NCBI GenBank assembly: GCA_030700025.1
Contig: JAUYKI010000017.1
Location: 2,748-66,747, forward strand
Source of the DNA: a bacterium
GTDB lineage: Bacteria > Patescibacteriota > Minisyncoccia > UBA6257 > 02-FULL-45-10c
Reading direction: 5' to 3'
Length of the DNA stretch: 64,000 bases
Shown one piece after another: positions 44,933 through 55,320 of this stretch; position 1 is the stretch's first letter; every line of letters starts with the position of its first letter. The position numbers were made by a program, and so were the translations under genes. The notes below the pieces were generated by a model. That model was not told where the DNA came from. It saw nothing but the letters and a program-made list of their open reading frames with translations, and made no database searches.

Positions 44933-45382
44933 ATGAAAAATAAAAAAGGTTTTACATTAATAGAAATTTTAATCGTTATCTCCATTATCGGGCTTTTGGC
45001 CTCGGTAGTGTTGGTGAATTTGGGAGGTTTTAGGGCTAAAGGAAGAGATTCGCGCCGGATTGCGGACTTACGGACTTTGCAAAATACCTTGGAACTTTAT
45101 TTTGGAGTTAACAATAAGTATCCAAGCGCCATAACGGAATTAATTAGTCCGGAATTGGGAGTTACCAGGTTACCTCAAGATCCAGGCACTACTTTGGATT
45201 ACTCCTATTGTTATAAAAATGACAGCGGCGGCAATCCAACCAGTTATATTGTAGGCGCTAAGTTGGAGGGTAGAAATGTGGCTTTGGATTCCGATGAAGA
45301 TGACACCGCTGGCTACACTTGCAGCGCGGCCACGGATTGTTCTGACGCGGCGAATGTCTGGGGTTACTGCATAAAGTTCTAA
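44933..45382 (+). CDS. Type IV pilin (major pilin candidate)
   Basis: Prepilin leader MKNKKG|FTLIEILIVISIIGLLA, with C-terminal cysteines. Confidence 0.9.
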   Translation: MKNKKGFTLIEILIVISIIGLLASVVLVNLGGFRAKGRDSRRIADLRTLQNTLELYFGVNNKYPSAITELISPELGVTRLPQDPGTTLDYSYCYKNDSGGNPTSYIVGAKLEGRNVALDSDEDDTAGYTCSAATDCSDAANVWGYCIKF

Positions 45383-45389
45383 GGATTTT

Positions 45390-46175
45390 ATGGCCGCGGT
45401 ATTTCTATTTGTCTTTGGCCTAGTCATAGGAAGCTTTTTAAATGTGCTGGCATTTCGCTACGATCCGGATCAGCCGTTTTTTGGCTTGAAAAGATGGGGC
45501 GGCCGTTCTCATTGTTTGTTTTGCTCACAGCAATTGAAGTGGTATGAGCTGATTCCGATCCTCAGTTTTATTATTCAGGAGGGCCGTTGCCTGGTGTGCC
45601 GTAAAAAACTTTTTTGGCAATATCCTTTGGTGGAATTGGCCAGCGGGCTTACTTTTTTTCTGCCTTATTATTTTTATAATTCCGCGAACGAAGCCTCTTA
45701 TTTTATTACCGCGTTTTGGATTCTAATTTTCTTGATTTTTATTTTAATCTGGGCGATTGACGCGCGGATTTCCGTAATTCCGGACGAATTGAATTTCTTT
45801 TTAGGGCTGTTGGGAGTCGCTTTATTAGACATGACTAATGCCAGCCGGGTGATTTGGCTTAATCATTTTTGGGCCGCTCTGGCGGGCGCGTTATTCTTCG
45901 GAGCGATTATTTATTTCAGCGAGGGGCGGGCAATGGGCGGCGGAGATTTAAAAATGGCGGTGGCGCTCGGTTTAATTTTCGGCTGGCCGAATCTTGTCTA
46001 TATTTTGGCGGTAGCCTTTGTAGTGGGAGCTTTTTGGGGCCTGACGCTGATGGGATTAAACAAGAAAAATTCCAAAGACGCCGTGCCCTTCGGGCCATTC
46101 TTGATTCTCGGTTCGCTGGTGATATTTTTCTTTGGAGACGTTTTGATTTCCGCTTATTGGCGGTTGCTGATCTAG
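45390..46175 (+). CDS. pilD: Prepilin peptidase (A24 family)
   Basis: Polytopic. Zinc-finger-like CLFC...CLVC and a GGGDLKM active-site region. Confidence 0.88.
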   Translation: MAAVFLFVFGLVIGSFLNVLAFRYDPDQPFFGLKRWGGRSHCLFCSQQLKWYELIPILSFIIQEGRCLVCRKKLFWQYPLVELASGLTFFLPYYFYNSANEASYFITAFWILIFLIFILIWAIDARISVIPDELNFFLGLLGVALLDMTNASRVIWLNHFWAALAGALFFGAIIYFSEGRAMGGGDLKMAVALGLIFGWPNLVYILAVAFVVGAFWGLTLMGLNKKNSKDAVPFGPFLILGSLVIFFFGDVLISAYWRLLI

Positions 46176-46300
46176 TAGTGTTAAATATCTTAAATAAGAA
46201 ATAATCTTACCTATACTTATTCTCGCCATGGCGAGAATAAGTATAGGGCAGGATAGTTTAAGCTTGGTCTAAGCTTAAACTAAGTTCTATTCCGGCTTCA

Positions 46301-46810
46301 TTAATAAAGCCGCGCGCTGATTGAGGTTTGGATGTGTATAAACGGAGTGTCTAATTGAACAGCCGGCGCGCCAATAGACAGGGCAATAGTAATCCGATCC
46401 GGCAATTCGGCTCCGGCTGGATTTTCCAATAAATTAAATACTAGTTTTTCTACAGTCACATTTTCGGCGGTAATTCTTTCCCCGTCTTTTTCAATGGATT
46501 TCAGATTTGTATTCCACGTATAAGTAACATTTTGTTTTTCCCGGCTGCTGTAAAAAGTGACGCTTTCGCCTTCGCCGGCAGTTCCAAGGCCGAAACCAAC
46601 GTCAAAATCTTTGCCCGTCCTCATTTCTCGTGACATTTGTTCAATCGCTAAAGAGGCATTGCTGTTTGCGGCGATTAGCGCTACGGTTCCGCGCTGAGTC
46701 CGCAGGGATTGCACGAATACGCCGGAAATAATTGCCATCAACATGACAAAAAGCGACATCGCCACCAGTAATTCTACAATTGTAAACCCCCTTTGATTTG
46801 AATTGGTCAT
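46301..46810 (-). CDS. Minor pilin (PilW-like)
   Basis: QRG|FTIVELLVAMSLF prepilin N-terminus. Confidence 0.75.
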   Translation of the reverse strand: MTNSNQRGFTIVELLVAMSLFVMLMAIISGVFVQSLRTQRGTVALIAANSNASLAIEQMSREMRTGKDFDVGFGLGTAGEGESVTFYSSREKQNVTYTWNTNLKSIEKDGERITAENVTVEKLVFNLLENPAGAELPDRITIALSIGAPAVQLDTPFIHIQTSISARLY

Positions 46811-47310
46811 TGTTGCAGATTGAAAAAATGGCTTTCCACTTCGGATTTGGATTGGCCGCCTCCGCGCGTAGACCAGCTGACCCTAGAAACTACCTTAATC
46901 TCATCGCCATTATTTAGGGTTGGGTCTATGGATATTATCCTATGAAATTTAGTCGGCTGGCCGTTGCTGTAATTGTAATATTGATCGTCAAATAATAATG
47001 GCTGGCTGGCGCTGATAATCGGTTGCAAGCTTAATTCTTGAAAATCGATTTCATAATCGGTCGGATCGGCATCGGGGATGGCATCGGGGCTGTTCCAAGG
47101 ATGGCTGTCCACTAAATTTTTCACTAACTCAATTCCTTCGGCAGCTAAGTAAGTTCCGACATATTGGTCGGCAATAACGCGGTTCAAGCTAAAAGACCGG
47201 GAAACAAATTCAAAAACTCCGAGCAGTCCGACAACGGCTACGGAAATGGCCACCAGGGCCTCTACCATGACCTCTCCTTTTTTATTTTTGCGTAGTGACT
47301 TGTCCAGCAT
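46807..47310 (-). CDS. Minor pilin (PilV-like)
   Basis: KKG|EVMVEALVAISVAVVGLL prepilin-like N-terminus. 4-nt overlaps with its neighbours. Confidence 0.65.
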   Translation of the reverse strand: MLDKSLRKNKKGEVMVEALVAISVAVVGLLGVFEFVSRSFSLNRVIADQYVGTYLAAEGIELVKNLVDSHPWNSPDAIPDADPTDYEIDFQELSLQPIISASQPLLFDDQYYNYSNGQPTKFHRIISIDPTLNNGDEIKVVSRVSWSTRGGGQSKSEVESHFFNLQQ

Positions 47311-47788
47311 TGTTTATTTTAACGGTTATTTCGGCAGTTCCGTCGGCAGTTCCGATTCTAACTAAAGCCTCTTTTTTGGAAGGGTCTTGGTCTAAAAAGG
47401 TTTTCGGATCTGGCGGAACAAATACGACATCAGTTAAATCCAGCTGGGTAAACTGTAAATCTGCGGGCAAATCATGAGTTTCCAATTCCTCGCCTGGATC
47501 GTAGGATCTGTTGGCCCCCTCGCAATTCGGCGCGGAATCTTTAAAGAGAACAAAATTATTATCGGCAAGATTAAAGTGAATTCCGTAACCGCAAGCCGGA
47601 GCTTGTTCGGAAAAAGTCTGGATGGATAAAGATTTGGCGCGCAGAACCGCGCTGACTAAGCCCGCTTGTTCTTTGAATAGCATAATCTGTTTTTCGCCGG
47701 TCCGGCTGTAAAGCAATAACAGCGAAGTTAACAGCGCCATAATGCCCAAGGAAACCAATATCTCAATAATCGTGAAGCCGCGAGTCAT
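47282..47788 (-). CDS. Minor pilin (FimT/GspH-like)
   Basis: MTRG|FTIIEILVSLGIMALL. ATG 47788 lies 6 nt after TGTATAAT, so it is probably leaderless. The GTG 47806 extension is rejected. Confidence 0.75.
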   Translation of the reverse strand: MTRGFTIIEILVSLGIMALLTSLLLLYSRTGEKQIMLFKEQAGLVSAVLRAKSLSIQTFSEQAPACGYGIHFNLADNNFVLFKDSAPNCEGANRSYDPGEELETHDLPADLQFTQLDLTDVVFVPPDPKTFLDQDPSKKEALVRIGTADGTAEITVKINNAGQVTTQK

Positions 47789-47816
47789 ACTTAGATTATA
47801 CAACACAGGCGTTCTT

Positions 47817-47825
47817 TGCTATAAT
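47817..47825 (+). promoter_or_regulatory. Extended -10 element (TGCTATAAT) for the adhesin operon
   Basis: TGnTATAAT 11 nt before ATG 47837, divergent from TGTATAAT (47794-47802, minus strand). Confidence 0.45.
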
Positions 47826-47836
47826 ATAAGCGTTAT

Positions 47837-48049
47837 ATGAATAAGAATTTTTACGCGTTAGGAGTGTTGCTTTTGACGGGAGTTTGGCTGGCCGGAACCG
47901 GTTTTTTCCTGCAAGAGAATGGAATTTCCTTAAATTGGGATTTTTCTCCGAATTATGCCCAACGGCCTTTGCCGGTTCCGGCGCCGGTAGCGTCAGCGGA
48001 GAACTTTTTGAGCAATAATCTCTTTGCGTGGATTTTCCTCACGCACTAA
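47837..48049 (+). CDS. Small membrane protein
   Basis: 70 aa with an N-terminal TM. Confidence 0.45.
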   Translation: MNKNFYALGVLLLTGVWLAGTGFFLQENGISLNWDFSPNYAQRPLPVPAPVASAENFLSNNLFAWIFLTH

Positions 48050-48076
48050 GGAGGACTTTGTGTTATAATCTAAATA

Positions 48077-50476
48077 ATGATTAAGGGGTTGCGCATTTTT
48101 ATTATTTTATCCGGAGCGTTTCTTTTGTCTTCTTCCGCCCTGGCGGGGTCGGGGGTTTATTCAGCTAATATTTTTGACGCCGGATTAAATGTATCTGGCG
48201 TTGGGCCGGTTGATTATTCGGATATTTTGAGCGCTCGGCTGGCGGGCTGGAATAATTTATTGCAAAGAGTTAATCCCCAAACCCCGCCTAATTATTGGAT
48301 TTGGCTTGGCCATATTGCGTCTTATGGTTATGCTGGATGCAGCAGCGCTTCTATCGGCGCTTTGTCGAGCGCTTATGGCAATCAATATGGTTTGGAAGTT
48401 TATAAAGATTCGGCAACCGGAAATTGCACGGCGCTTCAATCCAAACCGCTTTCTTCCGGCGCCACCCACTCAATAAATTTAACTAAATCCGGATTGGGAG
48501 ACGGGACAGTTAGTTCCAATCCAACCGGCATTAGTTGCGGAGCGATTTGTTCCAGCGATTTTACTCATGGCGCCAGCGTTGCGCTTAGCGCGGCTGCGGA
48601 TGGAGTTTCGCAGTTTGCCGGCTGGGGAGGAAATTTTTGCGCCGCTACCAGCACGCCAAGTAATTGTATGGCGCTGATGGTCAGCGACCGGACGATTACC
48701 GCAACTTTCGTTCCGATCGGAACCCCATTAAATACTTTAACCGTTCAAAAAATTGCAGTTGGCAATGCCAATGGCGTGATTACGGATTCCGGACTGGGCC
48801 AAGGGTCATTTTTAAATATTAATTGCGGAACTGATTGTTCCGAGTCCTATGTTGCCGGCGCGTCAGTTATTCTTTATGCCTATCCTAATGCCGAATCTAA
48901 TTTCGGATCTTGGGTTGGCTGTAATAGCGTTTCCGGCAATGCCTGCACGGTAACGATGAGCGCGGCCAAAAATGTCCGGGCTGGTTTTAGTAATAAAAAT
49001 TTTCCGGTTACGGTTTCTAAGACTGGAGCGGGAACCGGCAGCGTGTCTGGCACCGGAATTAATTGCGGAGCGACTTGTTCCGCGAATCTTTCGGCCGGAA
49101 ACGGATTTTTGTTTATTGCCAGCCCGGGGGTTAATTCTAAATTTGAAAGTTGGAGCGGCTGCGATTATTCAGCGGGAAATAATTGCTTAATAGATGTATT
49201 TTCGGCTAAATCAATTACCGCGAATTTCTCCGCCTCTTATGCGGTCACCGTTACGAAAAGCGGTAATGGCGCGCCTGCGGGCAGCGTTACTTCTACTGGC
49301 GGAATAGACTGCGGAATTATTTGTTCGGCTAGTTTTGTTCCGGGAGCTAATGTAGCTTTAACCGCCTCCGTGGGCGATCCTCAATATCAATTTTCCGGCT
49401 GGGGAGGCGATTGCGCTTCTTTCGGAACTAATCTAACCTGCAGTTTAAATAACATTTCTTCCGCTAAATCAGTTTCCGCTGTTTTTGATGCTGTTCGCCC
49501 GACTTTAACTATTACCAAATCCGGCACCGGAGACGGATCGTTTAGTATTAGCGGCGGTTCACCAATTTGCACCCCCGGTTGCGTTTACGCGTATGGCTCG
49601 GTAGTGACAATTTCCGCTACTCCAAACGCCTTTTCTACATTTACCGGCTGGACCGGTGATTGCGCTAGTTTTGGCGCGAACACCACCTGTACTTTAACTA
49701 TGACTTCTAATAAAAGCGCCTCGGCTATTTTTGACTTGCCGGTTCTGACTTTAAATAAGAGCGGCGCCGGGCAGGGAACGGTTTCGGATGCCCCATTGAA
49801 AATTAATTGCGACCCGTCTTGCGTTACTGCTTCCGCTAGTTACAACAAGCAAAGCTCCGTAACTCTGACCGCGGCGCCGGACGCCGATTCCAGCTTTTTT
49901 GACTGGTCCGGCTGTGATAATTTTACCCCCACCACCTGCACGATATTAATGAATACCCACCGGACCGTTACAGCCGATTTTTTAGCCACGGACGTTAAAT
50001 ATGATTTAACGGTTTCTAAGTCCGGAGCGGGCGACGGAACAGTTACTTCTTCGGTGGCGGGAATTAATTGCGGCGCCGATTGTTCTGAAAAATATATTGA
50101 AAATTCCGATATCGTTCTCCACTCGTCTTCTAATCTTGATTCAGCCTTTGTCGGCTGGACCGGATGCGATAGCGTTAATGGCAATTCCTGCGTAGTTACT
50201 ATGAGTACCGCGAAAAATATTAGCGCGGAATTTGCCGCGTCGCCGGTGTCCGGAAGTTATTCTTTGAGTGTTTTTAAAGTTCCGGACGGCGGAACAATAG
50301 TTTCCAGTGAAAGTTATATTGATTGCGGCGGGACTTGTTCCAAAACCCTAGGCACTGTTTGGAGCACTACACTGACCGTAATGACTAATAATGATTATCA
50401 ATTTGCCGGATGGACTGGAGATTGCACCAGCACCAGCGGAAGCTCATGCGTAATTAATTTTACCCAATGCCAATAA
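48077..50476 (+). CDS. Secreted protein with ~8 tandem divergent InlB-B-repeat-type domains
   Basis: Signal-like N-terminus. Repeating ~85-aa units (G.G.V.S.P.GI.CG..C...F..G..V.L.A.P...S.F.GW.G.C....C.V.M...K.V.A.F). Confidence 0.8.
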   Translation: MIKGLRIFIILSGAFLLSSSALAGSGVYSANIFDAGLNVSGVGPVDYSDILSARLAGWNNLLQRVNPQTPPNYWIWLGHIASYGYAGCSSASIGALSSAYGNQYGLEVYKDSATGNCTALQSKPLSSGATHSINLTKSGLGDGTVSSNPTGISCGAICSSDFTHGASVALSAAADGVSQFAGWGGNFCAATSTPSNCMALMVSDRTITATFVPIGTPLNTLTVQKIAVGNANGVITDSGLGQGSFLNINCGTDCSESYVAGASVILYAYPNAESNFGSWVGCNSVSGNACTVTMSAAKNVRAGFSNKNFPVTVSKTGAGTGSVSGTGINCGATCSANLSAGNGFLFIASPGVNSKFESWSGCDYSAGNNCLIDVFSAKSITANFSASYAVTVTKSGNGAPAGSVTSTGGIDCGIICSASFVPGANVALTASVGDPQYQFSGWGGDCASFGTNLTCSLNNISSAKSVSAVFDAVRPTLTITKSGTGDGSFSISGGSPICTPGCVYAYGSVVTISATPNAFSTFTGWTGDCASFGANTTCTLTMTSNKSASAIFDLPVLTLNKSGAGQGTVSDAPLKINCDPSCVTASASYNKQSSVTLTAAPDADSSFFDWSGCDNFTPTTCTILMNTHRTVTADFLATDVKYDLTVSKSGAGDGTVTSSVAGINCGADCSEKYIENSDIVLHSSSNLDSAFVGWTGCDSVNGNSCVVTMSTAKNISAEFAASPVSGSYSLSVFKVPDGGTIVSSESYIDCGGTCSKTLGTVWSTTLTVMTNNDYQFAGWTGDCTSTSGSSCVINFTQCQ

Positions 50477-50477
50477 T

Positions 50478-53453
50478 ATGAATATCCGGAATTATAAATT
50501 TTTAATACTTTTCTTAATCGGCCTTTGGGGCGCCGGTAATTTGGCCTTTGCGCAAATTACGCCGGACCCTGGTGAGCACGCGGTTAGAGTTTATAAATCC
50601 GGCACCGGCAGTGGTTTGGTAACAGACCAGTATTCCCAAATTGACTGCGGGAACGATTGCCAGGGGAATTATATTGGGGCTGCTTCCACCTGGGTTACTT
50701 TGGAACCTTTTCCTTCTCCTAACAGCTCTTTTGCCGGTTGGTACGGTTGTGACTCCGTAAATACCATGGTTATATTGCCTGATTTGCCGACTTGCTCAGT
50801 TAATACGAGCCCCTTCGTTCCTAGATCAGTTAACGCGATTTTTAACTCTAACACCCCGTGGCATCAAGCTAAATTAACCGTGACTACATCGGGCGATGGC
50901 GGGGGATCGGTATTTTCCAATCCCGGATTTATCAGTTGCGGAGCGGTTTGTTCCGATAATTTTTCGAATCCTTCTTATCCTTTATTTACCGCCACTCTTA
51001 TCAACACCGGTTCCTTAGGGTCATTTACCAATCAGCAGGTAATACATATTGTTGATAGCAGTGGTAGAATCACAGTGGGCGGAAATAGGCTTCAGACCCT
51101 CAATTCGGAAGGTGTGACCAATCCTCAGCAAACTATTATTGACATAGCGGACGGATTTATAAACGTATCGCCGACTATTAAATATATTTACGCGCTGGGA
51201 TATAGGGGGAGTGGAAATATTGCTGAATATCTTTTGGACGTGATTAATCCTTCTGCTCCTCAGGGAGCGCAAGCTAGTGCGCCAGAGGTGGTGAATCGTA
51301 TTCCGCTCCCCATAGATTCAACTGGAGGGGAAGATTACAGCGTTTACTCTAAAATTGCTCTGGCCGGAAATTTTGTTTATATAACTCGTTGGTCAGGAAC
51401 TTCGGTCAGCGCGGGTGGCAGTGGAGGCGCTTTATTGATTTTTGATATATCTGATCCGTTGAATCCGGCGCAGGTCGGGTTCATTGCTCCCCGCTTCAGT
51501 CCTGGCTATGGAATCGCGGCGATTAATAATCCTTTTATTGGAAATTATGCTTATATGGGACAGCAGCATCAGTTCTCTGTAATTGATGTTTCCAGTCCGG
51601 CTAGTCCGGCAGTTGTCGGCACTGTCGGCGGCACCGGCCTATTTAAGGGCGTTTTTAATGAAGTGGCTGAAGCCTTTCCGTATGTTTATGTTTCCAGCGT
51701 GAATGCTTCGGATAATTCCAATACGCTTTATATTATAGACGTTAGTAAGCCGAACAGCCCGGCGTTGATTAGCGCGACACCGATTGATTATTTTAACGGC
51801 GATTTAAGGCCGGCCGTCGGAGGAAAGCTTCTTTTTATCGGTTCCACGGTTTATGATGTTTCTGATCCGTTTCATCCCAGAAAAATCGGCCAAGGGCCGG
51901 GAGGCGTTCAATATGGGGGCGATACTTCTTTTCAAGTTGGAAGTTTGAATGAAGGCAATGATTATGTTGTAACCGGAACCAACGCTACGGGATTCGGCAT
52001 CTACTCGATTAAAAGAACTTTTGTTACGGGTACTGGTTGGGTTCCCACTTATGACCTTTTATCTTTTGCTCCCGGATTGGGAATTTATCCTAACCCGACT
52101 GTTAGTTTATCCGGAGAGCCGGAAGACGATTCGATTTTGGGCGCTTGGTCCGGAGATGTTCCGGGAACTTGCGCCAACAACGCGTCGTGTTTAGTAACTG
52201 CTGTTTTGGGCGCGGAAACTAACGCAGATGCCAGATTTGATGCCGCCGCGGCGCTCGCGCCTACTTCGGCAACTTTAACCGTTACTAAATCCGGAAATGG
52301 ATCCGGCCATGTATCTGATTCGGCTTTGGATTCTTCTTCGTTAGGCGGCGCTTCTTTGGGCGGCGGATCATTGGGTTTTGTTTCCGGGGGAATTGATTGC
52401 GGCGGGGATTGCGATGAAACTTACCCAACGGACACCAGCGTAATTCTTTTGGCAACGCCAAGCGCCGGATCGGATTTTGTAAAATGGAATGGCTGTGTAA
52501 TCGGTGCGGTAATGAAAGATGACGGAGCGCTTTGGAATCCGGCTACTTTGGCGGCTAAACAATCTAACGGCGCTAATGCTTGGGACGGAAGAAATTACAG
52601 CGCCTTGGCTTTCCAAAACAAGCTTTGGGTTTTAGGAGGCGGGAGCACCTTAGGCCAAGTATGGTATTCGGCTGACAACGGCATTACTTGGGCGCAGTAT
52701 ACTCGGGCCTTTATCGCTCCGTCGTCGTGGGCTCCGTGGTGGTCAACTAAATTCGGATTCTCGGCGTTGAGCTACGGAACCAAGATGTGGGTTTTGGGCG
52801 GAACGGAGGGCGGTAGTTCTTATACTAATGAAGTTTGGAGTTCTTTTGACGGCCAAAATTGGAGTCAGGGGCTGAATGCCGATTGGTCTCCGCGGGTTAA
52901 CTTTGCCGCAACCAGATTTAACGGCTCTATGTGGGTATTGGGCGGAAATGCTAAAGAAAATAATAGTTTTGTAAATAAAAATGATGTCTGGTCTTCGGTT
53001 GGCAGTTCCGGATATTGGAGTCCTGTAAATGTATCTGCCGCTTGGTCTGCCCGACAAGGCCATGCCGCAGTCGCTTTTAATGGCCAATTATGGGTTTTAG
53101 GCGGATTGGACGCGGGCGGTTATAAGAATGACGTTTGGTCATCTTCCAACGGAACTGATTGGATTCAAAAAAATTCTTCGGCGCCTTGGCCGGCTCGGGC
53201 TTTTCATAAAGTTTTGGTTTTTGATAATAAACTTTGGGTGATGGGCGGTTCGGGCTCTTTTCAGCCGGCCGATTTTAAAAATGATGTGTGGTATTCCGTG
53301 GACGGCGTTAATTGGATTCAGTCGGGATTGGCGGATTGGCCGGCTCGGTTTGATTTTGGCGCTACGGTTTTCAATAATAAAATGTGGATTTTGGGCGGAA
53401 CGGTCGGGTCCAATTTATATGTAAATGACGTTTGGTATTCGGCGGCGCATTAA
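50478..53453 (+). CDS. Large secreted protein: B-repeats, LVIVD-like beta-propeller region and six Kelch-like blades
   Basis: Signal peptide. YVYVSS...LYIIDVSKPNSP-type repeats in the middle. C-terminal NKLWVLGG...NDVWSS.DG..W repeated six times. Confidence 0.8.
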   Translation: MNIRNYKFLILFLIGLWGAGNLAFAQITPDPGEHAVRVYKSGTGSGLVTDQYSQIDCGNDCQGNYIGAASTWVTLEPFPSPNSSFAGWYGCDSVNTMVILPDLPTCSVNTSPFVPRSVNAIFNSNTPWHQAKLTVTTSGDGGGSVFSNPGFISCGAVCSDNFSNPSYPLFTATLINTGSLGSFTNQQVIHIVDSSGRITVGGNRLQTLNSEGVTNPQQTIIDIADGFINVSPTIKYIYALGYRGSGNIAEYLLDVINPSAPQGAQASAPEVVNRIPLPIDSTGGEDYSVYSKIALAGNFVYITRWSGTSVSAGGSGGALLIFDISDPLNPAQVGFIAPRFSPGYGIAAINNPFIGNYAYMGQQHQFSVIDVSSPASPAVVGTVGGTGLFKGVFNEVAEAFPYVYVSSVNASDNSNTLYIIDVSKPNSPALISATPIDYFNGDLRPAVGGKLLFIGSTVYDVSDPFHPRKIGQGPGGVQYGGDTSFQVGSLNEGNDYVVTGTNATGFGIYSIKRTFVTGTGWVPTYDLLSFAPGLGIYPNPTVSLSGEPEDDSILGAWSGDVPGTCANNASCLVTAVLGAETNADARFDAAAALAPTSATLTVTKSGNGSGHVSDSALDSSSLGGASLGGGSLGFVSGGIDCGGDCDETYPTDTSVILLATPSAGSDFVKWNGCVIGAVMKDDGALWNPATLAAKQSNGANAWDGRNYSALAFQNKLWVLGGGSTLGQVWYSADNGITWAQYTRAFIAPSSWAPWWSTKFGFSALSYGTKMWVLGGTEGGSSYTNEVWSSFDGQNWSQGLNADWSPRVNFAATRFNGSMWVLGGNAKENNSFVNKNDVWSSVGSSGYWSPVNVSAAWSARQGHAAVAFNGQLWVLGGLDAGGYKNDVWSSSNGTDWIQKNSSAPWPARAFHKVLVFDNKLWVMGGSGSFQPADFKNDVWYSVDGVNWIQSGLADWPARFDFGATVFNNKMWILGGTVGSNLYVNDVWYSAAH

Positions 53454-53456
53454 AAT

Positions 53457-55103
53457 ATGGAAAACTGGAAACAAAAAATTTATTTATTGTTGGCGTTGGC
53501 GGGAATTGGATTTATCGCGGGAACCGTTTTTGCCGCGGATGCCGGGGTTCGCTGGTTTCAAACCGATCCGGTCGCCGGGGCAATCTGGACTGCCAGAAAC
53601 GGACACTCGGCTCTGGTTTTTAACAACAAAATGTGGATTTTAGGAGGAACTCTCTCGCCGGGTTATAAAAATGATGTTTGGCTTTCTTTTAATGGCATCA
53701 ATTGGGTTCAACGGACTCCGTCCGCCGCGTGGCAGGCCAGGACCGAACACGCGTCCCTAGTCTTTAATAATAAAATGTGGGTTTTGGGAGGATCTATCTC
53801 GACGGGTTTTAAAAATGATGTTTGGTCTTCCGCGGATGGATTTACTTGGAATTCAGAAACTGCCGCGGCCGCCTGGCCGGCAAGAGATCGCCACGCGTCC
53901 CTAGTTTTTAATAATAAAATGTGGATTTTAGGAGGATCTACCTCGGCGGGTTCGAAAAATGACGTTTGGTCTTCCGTGGACGGAATTACTTGGACGCAAG
54001 AAACTGCTTCCGCCGGCTGGTCTCCGCGTTTCGACTTAGTAGCTCTCGTTTTTAATAACAAGATGTGGGTTTTAGGCGGCAGTGGTTCTCTGAATGATGC
54101 TTGGTCTTCTTCAGATGGAGTTACGTGGACCAGGGTCAGTCCGGCAATTGGCGCTGATTGGCCGGGGCGGTCCGGGCATACCGGAGTGGTTTATGACGGA
54201 AAAATGTGGATTTTTGGCGGACAAAGAGCAAATACCATTTTTAATGATGCTTGGTATTCCGTGGACGGAATAAGTTGGTCTCAGGCGTTATTAGCGGCTG
54301 ATTCTCAATGGGGCGCCCGATGGAATCACGCTTCTTTAGTCTTTAATAATAAAATGTGGATTTTGGGCGGTTCTGGCGGCCCTAATAAAAATGATATTTG
54401 GCATTCCCAGCAGGATAATCTTCCGGTGGAAGCGTGCGTGATTACCAGTGATAGAAATCGGACTGTTGACGCGGAATTTAAAGGCCAGCTTTATACGGTT
54501 ACGGTGGTTAGCATTAATCAGGACGGAGCCGGAAAAGGCGCGGTTAGTTCCACGGATAATAAAATCAGCGATTGCCAAACGATTTGTTCCGCCGAAAATT
54601 ATGCTTACAATTCCAGTGTTGCTTTAAACGCCATGGCCGCCGACGGTTCGGAATTTGACCATTGGGAAGGGCCAAGCCCTTGCGATAACAGCGCCGAATT
54701 GAGCTGTTCTTTGACTTTAACCGGCGATGTAACTGTTTACGCGGTATTTAAATCGTTGATGGCCGCTTGCGTGGTGGAAAAATCAGTTACCGCGAACTTT
54801 GCCACTTCTTTTCCGACTTGTACGCTGACGATTGCTCCGCAAGGAACAAATGCCAGTCAGGCAATTATTTCTTGGACCACCACTAATAATCCGACTAGCG
54901 CTGTTATAGATGATGGCGTTGGTGCGCCAGTAGCGGTGACTATCCCGCCGGCCAGCGGTAGCATGACGATTACTCCGCCTGGCAACACTACTTATATTAT
55001 GACCGTCACGAATAACGCCGGCAGCCGCACTTGCAGCGCTCAGGCTTCAGCGGCGCCCGGAAGATTTCAATTTAAAGATATTCGCGAAATTCTCCCGTTT
55101 TAG
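53457..55103 (+). CDS. Secreted Kelch-repeat beta-propeller protein with C-terminal B-repeat/Ig-like region
   Basis: Six blades with the ATGTGG landmark spaced 141-150 nt apart (53631, 53775, 53919, 54063, 54204, 54354). Confidence 0.8.
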   Translation: MENWKQKIYLLLALAGIGFIAGTVFAADAGVRWFQTDPVAGAIWTARNGHSALVFNNKMWILGGTLSPGYKNDVWLSFNGINWVQRTPSAAWQARTEHASLVFNNKMWVLGGSISTGFKNDVWSSADGFTWNSETAAAAWPARDRHASLVFNNKMWILGGSTSAGSKNDVWSSVDGITWTQETASAGWSPRFDLVALVFNNKMWVLGGSGSLNDAWSSSDGVTWTRVSPAIGADWPGRSGHTGVVYDGKMWIFGGQRANTIFNDAWYSVDGISWSQALLAADSQWGARWNHASLVFNNKMWILGGSGGPNKNDIWHSQQDNLPVEACVITSDRNRTVDAEFKGQLYTVTVVSINQDGAGKGAVSSTDNKISDCQTICSAENYAYNSSVALNAMAADGSEFDHWEGPSPCDNSAELSCSLTLTGDVTVYAVFKSLMAACVVEKSVTANFATSFPTCTLTIAPQGTNASQAIISWTTTNNPTSAVIDDGVGAPVAVTIPPASGSMTITPPGNTTYIMTVTNNAGSRTCSAQASAAPGRFQFKDIREILPF

Positions 55104-55129
55104 TTAGAAGGTTTTAACTCGAAGTCGAA

Positions 55130-55252
55130 GCAACATCTCTTTAAGGGAACATCCCGCAGGCGTATTTTGCTTGGACCACAAAATACGCCGAGGGCGAAGA
55201 AAATCCGGCCGCTGGAGCCGGATTATTCTGTTTCCCAAAAAAGAGATGTTGC
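55130..55252 (+). other. Three-helix structured intergenic element
   Basis: Outer arms 55130-55151 and 55229-55252 (bulged) enclose hairpins at 55159-55189 (11 bp) and 55202-55224 (7-8 bp). Confidence 0.45.
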
Positions 55253-55320
55253 TAAGATCCTTGACGGGGATTTTTTAATGCCATAAAATATACTGGCGTT
55301 CTTTAACAAAGCAACAAGGT

